Below, piece after piece: positions 48,380 to 62,788 of a stretch of 64,000 nt of DNA. Made by a program: the position numbers and the translations under genes. The notes under the pieces were generated by a model that did not search any database, was not told where the DNA came from, and was given only the letters and a program-made list of their open reading frames with translations. Source of the DNA: Blasia pusilla (taxonomy: Eukaryota); assembly GCA_050084515.1 (NCBI GenBank), contig CM114271.1, positions 29,202,001 to 29,266,000 on the forward strand. Direction: 5' to 3'. Each line of letters starts with the position of its first letter. Positions within the stretch are counted from its first letter, which is position 1.

Positions 48380-51300
48380 ATGTATAAGTACGATCGCGAT
48401 GCAGGCGGAGGCTGGGGACCATCTTCATTATAGCTAGATCTACCAGCAAAAAGCTCATGGTAGCACTCTGCGCCACACTTGCAAGAAAAGATTGGGCTTG
48501 AAAACACATTTAACGATCGATTCTAGCTTGCTCGGCCGTAGAACTTCGAAATTCGAACCTAGATCTAACTCTATCAGAAGCTTCCATTCGCACTGTGAGA
48601 TAAATAGGGAGCGCTTTCTTAGATTGATACCGACTTGAGCATTTCAGATGTCGTGAATTAGATTCGTGCGTAGACTTATATATAATCATGATAGGTTAGT
48701 CGGAGCGGCTCGGATTAGATCGGACAAAAAGTTCACGAGATCTGAAATCCAAAAATTATCTGCCGGGACGTAGGGTATCTAGCTTGCAGGCACTTCGCTT
48801 AGATGTAGATCCCCAGTTCAAGAGTGTAGAATTGCAGGCTCAGATTACAAGTCCTACTTTTGGTCACTCCAAAACTTGTCCTTTGAGCCTTCGAAAGTTC
48901 AGTACTTCATCTCATTGCGTGGGAAAACATTTCCTTTCATTTCCATTTAGTTATTACATTGATCGATGTGTGCACATATATATTCATGAGCATGAAACAA
49001 TTAATGAACTAAAGATGATCGATAAAATGTGTAATACTTCCAAGTTCCTTAAGTTGTCGGCATTGCCGATTCTATTCCATTTGTAGCAGCTACAGCTCTC
49101 GTCCACGGAAGTACATATGGGGCCGTCATAGATATAGACTGTATTTTCGCAATGTGGGCTTAGTTTGCAGCTAAGTCCAGGGCTGACCACTATCGTACGT
49201 TATCAGAAGGCATAAAGATCGTGCCAGACTAGAGAACGTTAAGGAACACTAGTGCGTAAGTGAGGTCTTGCAGAGTATGAATACATCTAAAATAAGAATA
49301 TATACACTGTCGGTCCCTCCCTACTTTATGGCCGACCCAGCTGGACGGATTAGTCTCCCAAACTGTGCCAGGTCGATCCGACGCTACCTCTTGCATGCAT
49401 GGAAACGCCATTATATATAGTGTCCAGTCGAGAGTACAGCACTGGCTAAGAATAAGCATAAGAGCTGTGTAGGATAACTTTAGGTCTTCGACAGAACTCA
49501 TATATGTAAACATTTATTTCAGAGATACACATGTTTCGTGCTCCATATGTAGATGACGTGCCGACGTTTAAAAACCTAGCTGTGACAAAAGGATGGTCCG
49601 ATCGAGAATGTTATCGAGTCCAAGTGATCTACCAGGCCGTAGTTGATCTGCAGGTGAGTTGATATAATTAACGTCGTTGGAACTCTTGGAAATCTATGTA
49701 CACGCCACTCGTTAGGTTAACTCCTTAGGACTCCTTGCTTCCAACCCGCGTGACATACAACGCATACAACTTTAATCATTAGGTTAAGAGTCTTGTTTCA
49801 AATCCCGTACATGCGACGCATATCAATTGGCAACAAGATCATGGCTAGCCATGATCTTCTAGAGTCTGGACTAATTATCCGTGTTGAAATTGTCTCCCTA
49901 TGAGAGGAACGTTTCGGAGAGCTTTCAAATTTGAATTACTGAAAATATTTTGAAACATGACTGAATTTAAAGAAATCTCCAATTGGTGAATTCATGTATC
50001 TCTAGAAATGTATTGTTTCTAGGACGGCTCCATTCAAATGTACCTCCGAGTCAGAAGAGGGTTCCGCATATCTGTTGTTTCCCTACGTACGCGTACGGAT
50101 TTAAGAATGCCAGAGTCGATATCGATCCGACATCGTTAGGTATATCTGCTCGCCTGTCTATATGCCGGCGCGTAGATATATCGACCGGCGATGGTTCCAA
50201 AGATGCGTTTGTCGACGTGCGCATGCTTTGCTCTCGAGCACTGTTGAGGACGGCTTGAATTTGTTACCCTACGATATCGAGTCATCGGCACTGCCCAGTG
50301 CGCACAGCTCTCAAAGCATGAGGGTCTGAATTCTACCAACTACGATGCGCGAGGTCCGGACGTTGTTTGACTCGCTTCTCTGGGACAAGTACGGCTGACG
50401 ATTGCTGATCCATAAGTCGTTAACTTGGATGTGTATATACACATCAAGTGAAGGGAGGTTCTGAAACCAACTGGCAGATAGATTCATAATCATATCATCA
50501 CATATACAACAGCGAAGAGAAGCATCTGCACCAAGTGTTCCATCCACAAAAATGCTCATGAGACGGGCCTGTACAGGAACAATATTTGACTTTTGGGGGC
50601 GTCAGTTGTCCTTCAATTGCATGGGCCGATCCTCGATAGGCTATCCCACCCAACTACAGTATCATCCAAATCCGGATTTTGAACTCTACATTCGCGCGTC
50701 TACAGCTCTAGCTCGTGGGTTCAAAAACCGATGGCAAGTGCCAGACAGCTAAATCGCGCTGCATATTTTCTAACGAGTAGTTCACAGGGGATGGGGTCTG
50801 CAAAGGACTTGGGTGACCGTCCACTGCTTTCATGAGTGTAGTGAGAACTGCCAAACTTGTCTAGAGTATACGGGCCGTGCGGGAGGACTACGGCCCATCA
50901 CTGTGAGTGTGCTTAACATTTACTCACAACACGACACACGACGCTTGGGTTGTATTATGGTTGTACATCCCCATGTCACTTAGACCAACAATAAGTGTTT
51001 GCAGGGGAGTCCGCAAAATGGAATAAAACACAACATCATTACATGTCCTCGTGAACTAATATTAGGTTGTTTGTCACTCCGGATGTACTATTAGGGTTAT
51101 TCAAAGCCATGAGCATAAAATATTGGGAAGTGTTACCAGGGTTGTTTATCCGGGGTTGCTTGCTTTCTATAGACTTTACAGAGTGTGATCGCACGGGCAA
51201 CTCGGAGGCGTAGTGCTATGCATGAGTAGCAAACACATGGGGGACCACCCCACGGTATGGAAAGTTTCAAAATTTGTTTGAAAATTTCGGCACGGTGTCT

Positions 51301-52399
51301 TGCATCTTCTCTAAATTTTGATCATTTATTATATTAAAGTTTTTATAGATTCTTTAGGAAAGAATTCTTCTTAACGAAGAAAAGATTATTTATACGAATT
51401 TTTCTAATATCCACATGGGTTTGTATATCCCATTTGGATTTTGGTTTTTTGTGTCAAAAGATCTAGGATGATATATCTAAGACAAGTTATTCCTATTTTG
51501 GGTTCATTTTGAATTATATAGAAAAACTAGTAATTGTTTCTTGTTAGTTTTTTTTAAACTAGAGTTTATTTAAAGTTTCTTTTTCGGGAATTCATTATCT
51601 TTTTGTTCAACTTTTTTTTCATGAGATTGAAGAATTATGGTCCTACTTGTCTTGTGAGTAATTCAAAATTTTCTTTAGGAAAGTGGTTTTGGTTTGACAT
51701 GACAAAGAGAGAGACATGTATGTAGTGTTGAAGAATTTTGACACAAGATTTTACAAATTTTTCGGTTGAGAATGAGAGCTCTACATTGTGGAAATTTTGG
51801 AAATTTAGAGCAAGAGCTTAATGTTGCTGTTGGTTTTTCAGTTTGGGGACCATGTTCCCTGTTCAACGACTCATGTGAATACTCACTAGAGAAAAGTTCT
51901 ATTGATTTGTTGTTCCTATTTAAGGATTTTTGTAAACTAGTCAAGCTCATAAAAGTGCATTATTGAAAAAATCTGGGCTTTGAGTATGGAAATAAGATCC
52001 ATCATAGAAGGGCTCTTGAGAGCACATATTAGATTAATTTATTTTTTAATTTCCAGATCTGAATTCTATGTGAAAGAAATCAGTATTGAAGTGTTGCCAA
52101 AATTTTGGTATATTTTAGGCCGCGAGATACATGAACACTATTGCCAACATCGGATTCAATCAATGAGAAATTCAATATTGAATTCATGATGATGAACATC
52201 CACAAGTCATGCAAATAGCTTGGCCAAAAAATTGCTATTTTGACATGTGGGCTCGAATTCATGGCCTTTTACACTAGGCTATCATACTAAATGGCCATGG
52301 GTTTGCTATTAATTTTTAAAAAAATCCATTCATTCTCTATTCCTCGCCCTCGGCATGAGATTCCCTTTAAGTTCCTTCTTTAAAGGTGCCTCATTTGAT

Positions 52400-53400
52400 T
52401 AGGACTCCACACTTTTCAGAGTGACTCCCCAATATTGGAACCCCCCTTAAATCCTTCTCAAATTACTTAGCTAAAATCAAGTGAGCAACATGTTTTACTT
52501 GATAAATCCTTAAAATTTGAAGAGGCAAATTTTCGTTGTGAATCTCAAGAATCTTCATGACATTTCTATCACCAAGAGGAAACCTCTATATGCCTTTGGC
52601 TGACCTATCATTATGATATTTCTATGCAAAACCTAAGTAATGAAATCATATCTTAGACTATGTTGACCGAGCTATATCCAAGAAAATTTTCCCTAGCGCT
52701 AAAATCATCTTTCTCTCATGGAATCACCATCTTCATGTTCAGCAGTTGGGTCAAGGTGGTTCCCAAGTGTCCATCTACATAGTTCGGATTACTCCATGTT
52801 GATTAGTGATACTCCTAACCATTCCAGCGCCTTAGGATCTAGGAAATTACAAGTTGCTCCCCTATCAATCAAAATAATCATAGATTTTCTTGCAATCAAC
52901 TACTCGACTAGAATTTGACCTTCAATAGCATTCTAATACTGTTTGGAGGGTCATCATCTTCCCTCAACTCATTTCTTGAAGGCTCTCTATCAATTATGTT
53001 GCAGGTAAAGGCATTAGCCCCCATTACTTGGTCAACCTCCATATATTTGGCCATTGATAATACTCGTTGTGGTGGCAGTTTGGACTTTCTCGCATTGGCT
53101 CTCATTGCTTTAGGGAAGTCTTGCTTGAAGTGGCTTGGATCTGTGCAAATATAACATTCTTCGGGTGCGGGTTCATTCGAGATCACTCCTTGCTTGGAAC
53201 TCGACGCTTTTTGGGTCTTGAATCTTTTGGGTTTTGACATCAGTTGTGGCCTAGTCTCTTTAAGTTTCCTCTTGTTAACCTTGCCATATTGTTCTTTTGC
53301 CTTTGTAGTAATTTTTGTGACTATCTTGTCTCTCTTTCCAAGACTCGGGTCCCTTGTTAGTAGTTGAGTCTCCATATCAATGGCGACCTTTAGCTTTGCA
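52400..53400 (-). mobile_element. Degenerate Ty3/gypsy-like gag-protease remnant
   Basis: Zinc knuckle CYICTDPSHFKQDF (~53110-53160) followed by protease-like IILIDRGATCNFLD (~52840-52885). Confidence 0.6.
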
Positions 53401-53977
53401 AACTTGGTTGCAAGAGTTGCACTCTTCTCCCTCGGTTTACTTTTCGATTAATCCAAGCCTGCGTGGGCCATCGGGAGACCCCAAACTCATTATGCATGTG
53501 CGGACATGTTTTTCCTATGGATAGAAAAATCTATTTTTGTCTCAATTTTTGTGCAACCTTAGGGGCAGTTGAAAGTCCGCCATTTTTGGTTTGTGGCTAT
53601 CTTGTAAGTATTGCTACCATTGTTTGTGCGACTATCCTAATTATGATTCTTGTGCCAATATTGAGAGCTGCGAGACAATTGCATGGGAAGTTGCGCTTTG
53701 CAGCTACCTTGTGGTTAATAGGCACAAGGTAAATAGCTTGCGAGTGTCTTTCAACTATGGGGACTTTCAAACAACATGTGACTATGAGAAATCGCAATTC
53801 ATACCATAGTTGCAATTGTGGAAAAAATCACAAGATAGTCGTATGATGTCTACTCACAAATCATAAGAACAAGATGGCCAAAATTTTTACTCAGAATACT
53901 CTTGAAAGCAACTAGAAATCCCTTGGAGTGCAAGGAAACCAAAAACCCGAATATTTGATATTTATTTTCAAAATTTT

Positions 53978-55393
53978 CTCAAAACTTCCGTATTGAATAT
54001 GTGATCTGGAATATTTTACTAAACCTTGGATGCAAGATAGGAAATTAAAGCATGGTTGCACGGAAACGAACTTGTCTGTCCATAGGACGGACAAGCTCCA
54101 TAGAATGGGAGCCACCATCAGAGAATCATCAGTCGTCGTGGAAGACCCTCCACTCTATAATGGCTCTTGACATAATGACTTATGTCTGTCCACATGGGCC
54201 CGTGTTCCTAAACCCTAAACCCTAAACCCATGACGTAGATCTAGGCTTGGCTAGCCCGCACCCAATCCATCAACCATGGTTGCACAAAAACGGACAAGTC
54301 TAGACATGTCCACGGACATGGATTGCAAGACATGGAACCCACACTTATAGTTCATGATGAAAGGTGTGGCAAGGACGAGTAGGGCAATAATGGGGGAGGG
54401 AGTGGAGGTGGAGGTGGAGGTGGAGGGTCCGAGGAAGAAACGAGAGGGTATGGAATACGAAGGATAGTGGGGGAAATGAGAAAGAAGAGGAAGTTGAGAC
54501 CCACATGGACAAGTCCTTCCATAGGACGGACATAAGTCCACGGATATGGACATATCTATGGACACAGACTTGATCCACAAGTAAGCTTACGAGCAACCCA
54601 ACACCGGTTCTTGTCATCCATTTTGCTGGCCCCACCAAACCTATGCCTCACTCATAGAGGCCCACATCGAGCACGCCTGGTCCACCCTAAGCCCCCGCAA
54701 GGCACGCACTAGCCCAAGGCAAGATTACATCAGGCCCTCAAGACCCGCACTAGGCGGGCCTTCCTGGCCTCACCACATGTCTTGTGTGGGCTAGTGGGAA
54801 CTTTGCCCCGGCTTAGGGCGGCCAAGCAGGCTTGGTGCAAGCTATGCGTAGACTGCGGGCCAAGAAAAGGCTCATAGCTTGTACACCCATTCCATCCGTG
54901 CGCGCATCCCTTAATCCGAGCACGTACCCATTCCCTTGCCCCAAGCTTGTGTGGGCTATCGGGTATCAAGGAGGGGAGGGAGCATGGTTGCACGAAAACG
55001 AACTTGTCTGTCCATAGGACCCATTAGACATGTCCGTCCTATGGACATACAAGTTCATTTCCGTGCAACCATGCTTTAATTTCCTATCTTGCATCCAAGG
55101 TTTAGTAAAATATTCCAGATCACATATTCAATATGGAAGTTTTGAGTATGGAGTATGGAGTCCACCTCCACTCCCTCCCCCATTATTGCCCTACTCGTCC
55201 TTGCCACATCTTTCATCATGAACTATAAGTGTGGGTTCCACGTCTTGCAATCCATGTCCGTGGACATGTCTAGACTTGTCCGTTTTTGTGCAACCATGGT
55301 TGATGGATTGGGTGCGGGCTAGCCAAGCCTAGATCTATGTCATGGGTTTAGGGTTTAGGTAGGAACCCGGGCCCATGTGGACAGACATAAGTC
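53978..55393. repeat. Large interleaved inverted repeats A-B-A'-B'
   Basis: A 53978-54093 vs A' 55031-55146; B 54177-54412 vs B' 55161-55393. Both are near-identical reverse complements; B contains (AAACCCT)n. Confidence 0.88.
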
Positions 55394-58300
55394 CGTGGAT
55401 ACAAACTTTGTCCATGTGCAATCTTGAAGGCAAAAGATGAGATGCATCCCCCACCCTAATGCATGGAAATAACCTCCTTTCTTGCCTTTCTTGCCCTTGC
55501 CCCTCCCCCTCTTCTTTATGACCGCCATCCCTCCCCAAAAGATATCCTTCCCATAGGACAATGGTGTGTATGAGATACTAGGAACAACGTCAAGAAGAAG
55601 TCACCATGTTGAAGGGTAGAAAGACTATGGCCAGAATTACATTACGTTGGATGTCACGTCTTTTAGGATAGATCGGTGAGATCTAGTAGAGCGCCTTCGC
55701 AAGTAGTGGAGGACAAGCTCAGGAGGTCGAGGATGACTTTCTGAGGCCGCGGGAAACCTGAGAGAGCAGGTTTCCCCTTCGTTTCGGCTCATTTGGAGCC
55801 ATATTGAGAAACTTACTATTTTAGGTAAGTACCATTTTGAGTATATGGTCGACTTTGTATTTTTGGTAAGTGCCCCTTGACCTCCTACATTAGGTCAAGA
55901 GCCAAAGAGGTGACTTGGGAGCATAGGTTACCATGGAGAGAGCTTGGGAGAGGGGAGGGGTATACCTCAAGGAGAGAGATCTTGAGAACTTATTCTCTCT
56001 TTGTTGAACCTCTTGGCATGAGGCAATGGAGCTATGGTCTTGCTTGCCTTGTGTGTGTAACCTAAGCCTCTCATTAGGAGAGTGGGTTTGGTTTGACATT
56101 GAGAGAGACATGTGAGACTGCACACATTTGAGAGCTATGGTGTTAATAGATTGGATCTTGATTTACAAAGAGAGAATGAGATGAGTGAGAGAGCTTCATG
56201 TGAGAGCTCGCTGGTCACTCACTAGTTTTTCAGGTTGGGGATCGTATTCCTCATTCAGCGGTTCATGGGAGTGCTCACTGGAGTCGGAGCCGCCCATTTT
56301 TTATATTTCCTTTGCCGATTTTTCGTGTGGAAGAGTGGCGCGCGGAAGCGCTGCCCAATTGTTGATAGGGATTGAGTATGGGGGCGAATTTCCCCATGCT
56401 CTCGGGAGCACCATGTAGCTTGCTGATTTTTATTTTCACAAGTTTTACATTTTTGTTGGGAGAAATCAGGGCGGAAGCGCTGCCAAATTTATGTAGGAGA
56501 AAGAGACGTTGGGCTTTACAATAGTCCCCGTTTTCGTGTCGAGAATCTTTCTTCGAGCAAGGGCGGGCCTTCTAGCTGCGGTAGATGCGGTCGATGCAAG
56601 GTGAACTCTCTAATAAGTTCTCCTTTTTCAATACAAAATTATGATGTACACTCTCCATTCTCTCACGCCAATGTATCACAAATGGAAGTCGAGGCGATCA
56701 CTTCTTCAGTAACATCGGACCCGAAATTCCTAACTATAAAATCAATATAAACTATTTTACGTTTGTACACGAGGAAGATAGCACAACTAGTGTTAAACCC
56801 TACTTGACCAGGCCTATTGACATCCATGGATCGCTATATAAGGACATACAAAGTACAATCCCATGTCCTTCCATATGTGACGATAGGAAGAATCACCGGA
56901 GTTGGAGTTTGCATGACCTGGTTCATGAACGCCTCCCCAAAGTGATAAACTAAATAGCGAGTGAACCAGTGCCTATCTACAAAGAGTACCTTGACATGGT
57001 AAGGATTGAGGAAAGGAAAGTCGGGCACAACTCGTGCTCCACCCCTATCCATGCTTTGTGGACATTCTCTACTCTCCTCAAGAATGGGTTTTGGCGGAGT
57101 TATTCTCCCAAGAGGGGTAATCCACTCTCATTGGGAAAGTAACAAGCCAAAACATCCGCTATTTTAGTATGACTAAACTCTTCTACGGTGACAAACCTCT
57201 CATCCCCCCACACACACACATCACACTCTAGAAACCTCTCGAAGAATAGACCATGATCAAGTTACTCTCCCAAGAGGGGTGATCCACTCTCATTGGAAGA
57301 GCAAGCAATCCCAAAGCCATACACTCAAGAGAGACACGAGAGACTCAAGATGTGAAATAGAAGGTGATGAACCCTTGAAGGTCCCTCCTCTTTATATACT
57401 CACAAGGGATCCACAAGAGTACGAAATAGAGCTTATCTTATCTTGTGCCACATGGCTTCCTCTCAAGGCTTAGCCAATCACATTTTGACACAAGTAGATT
57501 TCCTCTTATCTCTTCCAAAATATCCTCTTTTACCCACATGATATTTTCCAAATTACCCCAACTAACCTAGCCACCAACCAAGACTACTTTTGCTTTTCAT
57601 TAAACAACTACTTTACTTTTATAAAGTCATCTTTTATTTATTACCTCCTTTTCCTAAAGTTGGGCCCACATAAAAGAGGCACCATAAAGAGGTTTAAACA
57701 TAAGAATCTCCTTTTTCTAAGCCAATTTACTTAATACTAATGAAACTCTATCTAACACTTAATGACGAAAGAGTTTACACACGTTGATTTTACTATACGA
57801 CACCGTTAGTTTTTACTAGAATGTCCGATTCAAATATTTTTTGACGCCGTTGTAGATCGTAAAGCTGTGCACGCTGTGCAATAGACAATGTGCAATTTAA
57901 AGTTGCGAGAAAAAAGTTATGGTCAATCTTGCAAAATTGCCATTGCTAGGCAATTTTTAGGGTTAAATTGTTCAAACCCTAAACCAGCCGCCGTCGCCGT
58001 GACGTTCAACCATCACCATCAACAGTCAACCGTCATCGTCAATGATCCACCGTCCACCGTCGGCCACTGCCGCCGCCGCCGAGCGCTGCTCAGAGCCTCG
58101 TTTGGCCGTTTTCCACCCTTGGATGCCATTGCCGCCATTATAGAGTGGAGGGTCTTCCACGACGAGTGATGATTCTCTGACTTGCGCGGCCACCACGTAC
58201 TTTGTTTTGGCCGCCACCGTCATCGCAGTTTTGTCATCAACCAGTGATGGCAGGTGACCTCGGGTTATGGCGTTTGAGTTTTCATTTCATGCTGCTGTGT

Positions 58301-61300
58301 TGTGATTGGTAGCCGCTCGACGAGGATCGAGTACCGTGCCGTGACGCCCGTAGCCGCAACGCGTCGTCGATTGCCGCACTGTGCCGCTCGTGGTCGCACC
58401 GCACCGTCTCGATCATGGAGCCGCTCCTTCACTAAGGAGCAGAGCATGGGAATTTTTGATGCCGAGGGTATGCCACCGAGTGCCGCACCCTATTCTCGAG
58501 TGTCGTGCCGTTTGTAGCCGTTCCGTGCCGCACAGGACCGCTGGACCTGCACCGCACATCGAGGAGGTTTGAGCGGCGTTAGTTCGAGAGGAGTACAAAT
58601 TGCTGATTGGAGAAGTTGTCTTCACGACCAAGTTGGGATCGAGATTTGCACTTGCCGAGGAGCGATATCGACATTATTTTCAGGCTACCCATTCTAGTCT
58701 CTTACCCTGCAGGTGTGAGGGATTTCTAGGTATTGGAAAGTTATTTGGGATATTGGGTTTCGTGCTGCTGATGCTGAGAGCATCGATGATGTATGGGTTT
58801 AGTGGACTTTCACGGCTTCTTGTACACTACTTCAAACGTAAAGAAACGACACACCAAAAGCTATGACGCTAAGCTTCAGTGATTCATGGCCCTGATAGTT
58901 CGTAGCTTCATCATTCGTGTGGACTACTTGGTTCTTACATGTGTTTTTATGGTTACAGACAGCCCGATAAACAAGACTAATGATCGGAATTTCAATTGAA
59001 TTGGGCTAAATGAACTCCGAGATAGGTCGACTGTGGCACCACAAGCTCAGGGAGGATACAAGGAGGCCATGCCATAGAGACGTGCGACCGCTACGATTAC
59101 TTAGCAGCAACCGCTACGATTACTAGTTGGTCATGTGGTGGAGCCCATCATCAAGGTGATTGCAATCGTCAGAGTCATGGATGTGTGCCTCAGCATGGAG
59201 GAGGAGATGGTGCTGCACCAGGAGGTTATAAGTGTGACTATTGTCAGAGGTATGGTCACACACGTGCCAAGTGTTTCAGTTTACACCTTGAGTTACATCC
59301 GGACCGAGGGCCAGAGAGGGCACCAGAGCGAGTAGCCGGTCCAGGTGGGCCTAGAGATCGTGCACCAGGTGGTCCCGTTGGGGGACGAGGAGCTGGAGTT
59401 GCTCATGGAGGAGGTAGAGTCCCACCACCTAGACACGTCGAGGGAGACGCCGAGCGTGAGGCTGGGATGGTTGCTCAGATACAGCAACTACATGAGCAAA
59501 TTGCCGCTATGACATTGAGGTTACCCGATGCCGGATCCGTGGCATCGACATCATATGGAGCAGCCAGAGATATGGAGGATCCTAGTTGGATGTGCGGGGT
59601 TGCCCAGATGGAGGTCGCTATAGATGTGACGCGTGGAGCAGCCGCAGAGTTGGATCCACAACAAGGGGAAGCCACGAAAGAGACTAGACTTCCTCAGTCT
59701 TTCACGTTGTCCGAGGCGATGAGGACCCCATTGATGGGTCCTGATTAGAGTTCCTGGAGAGTTGGTGATGTTATTGGTGTGCAGGCACGGAGGGTAATGG
59801 GAGAAACAAGTGCGACGGCTCCTATTGTTGATGCTCAGGAGGAGCATGTGTCGAGTACGATGTTGGGGGCGGCCACGATGGTATACCGTGCTCTGCTATT
59901 TTCTGCTTCGGATGTTATGACATTAGGAGGTACATCCGTTGAGGTGTTTCGGCTGGCCACTATGCTATGTGAGCGTTGAGTTGGAGTTCCTGCATCACGT
60001 TCAGAGGTGATTGCAAAAGAGGTGATGGACCTGCCCTTGGAGCGGATGCTCAGGCCATCCACGTCAGATTAATGGCACGCTACGGTTGCTAGGATGGCGA
60101 AGATGCCCGCTAGACCCGCGATAGAGCGTGCCATGGCTTCTCTTGGTGTTGTGTTGTTGGATAAGCGGGACAGGTCTTCCAGTTGGTGAGTCCCGTAGGT
60201 AGAGCTTTTAGTCCGTAGTGCGTCTTGTTGCATTTAGGAGCACAACCCTTGATGTTGGGGAAAACGTCATTAAGAGGATTGGGCTTGACGAGAGCCGATG
60301 TGGAGCGTTGTCCATTCTGGATACATACATCCTTGGGTGGAGCAAATACCACACAGTATATCACCTGACATGAGGTCTTTGTGAGGATTTGCCCGAGACA
60401 TCCTACAGATGAGTACGTAAGATGTGCGAGCCAAGACGATAGTGACTGATGCAGAGTCCTATGACGTCTTGGTTGGTGGATCAGTGTTATATCCGATGGG
60501 GTTTTCCGTGGATTATTGGGAGGAGTCAACATCCAACAGACCAGGATGGCAGTCAGGTGATGGGCGCCTTAGCTCATTACCCGTTCGATTCACAGTTGCA
60601 GTGATCGAGGGACGGCCAGGAGAGATGGCGACCTTAGCAACATTTAGCAGTGCCATCACTTGGCCTAGTGATTTGATTGAGGGACATGTCCATGCAGAGG
60701 ATACTCCCGTTCATAACATTTCTATGGAGAGGAATGTCATGATAACCGCATCAGTCCGTGGAGGAGAGGTGCCGCTTTGGGGCTCGACTAAGGAGCTTCG
60801 ACGCTTAGCCATAGAGCATGTGCAGACCGTGTGGAGCGAGACGTTTGCACCAAAGTGTGATGGATCAGAGGAATCCCAGATATCCAAGAGTGCTGCTATT
60901 ACCCCTTTGGACACCACCCTGATTGTGTGGTGCATCCCAGAGAAGAGTATTCATATGTTGGATCTCTTTGGAGGGATCAACACTGGGTTAGCTACTGTTT
61001 TGTAGGCTAGAGTGCGCGTGCAGCAGTACCTGTATGTGGAGATTGATGATGTTGCAAGACGCGCTTCACTTGACCATGTGGCGTAGTTACACCTCCATTT
61101 TCCCGACTTATTGTCTGCGTCCGCCATTCAGGGTTACCAGAGCTCCCTACCGAGGGACATTTCATTGTTGGGGGTGCAGGACTTGGAGCGGGTAGGGACC
61201 ATAGACTTGGTCATTGCTGGTTGGCCATGTCAGGGCCAGTCGAGTTTTGGACGGGGTAGTGGATTAGCCGACTCTCGGTCCAGGTTGCTTTAGGAGATGA

Positions 61301-61503
61301 TGCGGATCTTGCGACACTTGCAGAAGCATCAGTCTCATCCTCCAGCATACATTCTGGAGAATGTACTGATTTTGGGCGATTTGAGGTCATGTGTGGTGAT
61401 AAGTGCACATCAGGTGCGCGCATGGATCCACCTGGCAGTTTTGTTGGATGGGGCAAGTGTGGGTTCACGAGCACATCGCCCGCGTCTTTGGTGGACCAAC
61501 TTG

Positions 61504-62650
61504 GAGCAGATCTTTGTGGGGCTTCCGCGCTTCTCCCTGCATAACCCGGAGACAAAACAAATTGGCCAGACAAAAGAAGGAGAAATGCTTAAAGTTTGGC
61601 GTCACCCTCAAATTTCATAAAGAATGTTAAATTAGCTATGGAAATTGTTTGTGGTCAAAAATTCATACAGACACGAAGTAGAGGTTCACTAAAGTATTCT
61701 GTAACTCTGCGAGTTGCTTATGTCGCAATTAGCGATTGGACCAATATTTCGCCAGATTGTGGCCCGGAAATAACATCCGTAATTGTGATAGAGCCCTTTC
61801 CAAGTCCTCTACCGTCGAGAAAGTAGAGCTTTAATCTGCGCTTAAAAAAAAAAAGAATCGCGGTCGGAAGCCGGAAAATCCGATTAAATCGCGAAAAGAA
61901 AAACCTGAATTTCCGTACCTAGCCCATTTGATTCAACGAAGAGTGTGGAGGGGACTCCAAAGCTAAAGCCGACGGTTTGCAGCTTGGACGCGAAAAAAAA
62001 AAGACCTCGTTTTGTGTTGCTAAGACATGCTTTGGTTCAATCCTTGGAGAGGGCCCGAAGACTACGCCGTGAAAATGGAGGATCCGGCGAACTAAGTTTT
62101 TGCCGTGTGGTGTCTCTCAAAAACATCCTTTTCATTTAGTAGATGGGCCCATGGCCTCTTTTGGGACGTATGCTCGGCCGAACCTTCGCCCCCCGTAGGG
62201 TCGCGGCGTCTCCTATGGCGGAGTGGCTGATTATCCCTATTAATCGGGCCATTTCCCAGCGTCTTGGCTTGCTGGTGTTGTCCCCGGTTCATAGTTGCCA
62301 ACCCAGGTACCTAATATGAGAGCAAGATGGTCCCTGCGACTAATGATCTTCTGCAAGTACATTCTAGTAAGGGCTCGTGATGCATGGCCCGACCCAAACC
62401 AAATAACAATCTCGGATTGAACCGATATTCCCAACGCGTGTTTGCCGTTCCACCAAGCGAGTCTTGGCTTTTATTAGGAATAGATTGAAAATGCGGATTG
62501 CGCTGCCCTTTTGCATTCCTCGGCCGTTGATGCATGGCATGGCTACACACGTGCTACAATGGCAATTACAATTGGAAGCAATCTTTGTTGGAGCGGAAAG
62601 ATTGCCTAAGTTGGATTGTTCTCTGCAACTTCGAGAACATGAAGTTGGAA

Positions 62651-62684
<34 letters not shown>

Positions 62685-62788
62685 AGTACTCGGGCTCTAA
62701 CTGCTTCGACAAGAAACCACACTCCACCATCATGAAAAGGCTGACGGCCTTGATAAAATGTCAACGGACCCTAGAACTGGTTATGAAA
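61504..62788. other. Mosaic nuclear insertion of mitochondrial DNA (NUMT)
   Basis: Contains an rpl5-like segment ([28 protein letters not shown], ~61600-61688), the cox3 N-terminus (VSQKHPFHLVD..PWPLLG, ~62112-62166) and a plant mitochondrial SSU rRNA piece. The other segments were not identified. Confidence 0.8.
62541..62698 (+). rRNA. rrn18: Fragment of mitochondrial small-subunit (18S) rRNA, pseudogenic, within NUMT
   Basis: GGCTACACACGTGCTACAATGGCAATTACAA...GGATTGTTCTCTGCAACT...TAGTAATCGCGGATCAGCATGCCGCGGTGAAT matches the plant mitochondrial SSU 3' region, with small deletions. Confidence 0.85.

Noticed and set aside
55560-58900. LTR-like and telobox-containing segments as the 5' LTR of the DNMT gypsy
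   Set aside because: No paired LTR, PBS or TSD could be fixed within the window.
62541-62698. Functional or bacterial 16S rRNA gene, or contamination
   Set aside because: Only ~160 bp, with deletions and plant mitochondrial signature sequence, embedded in a nuclear retrotransposon.
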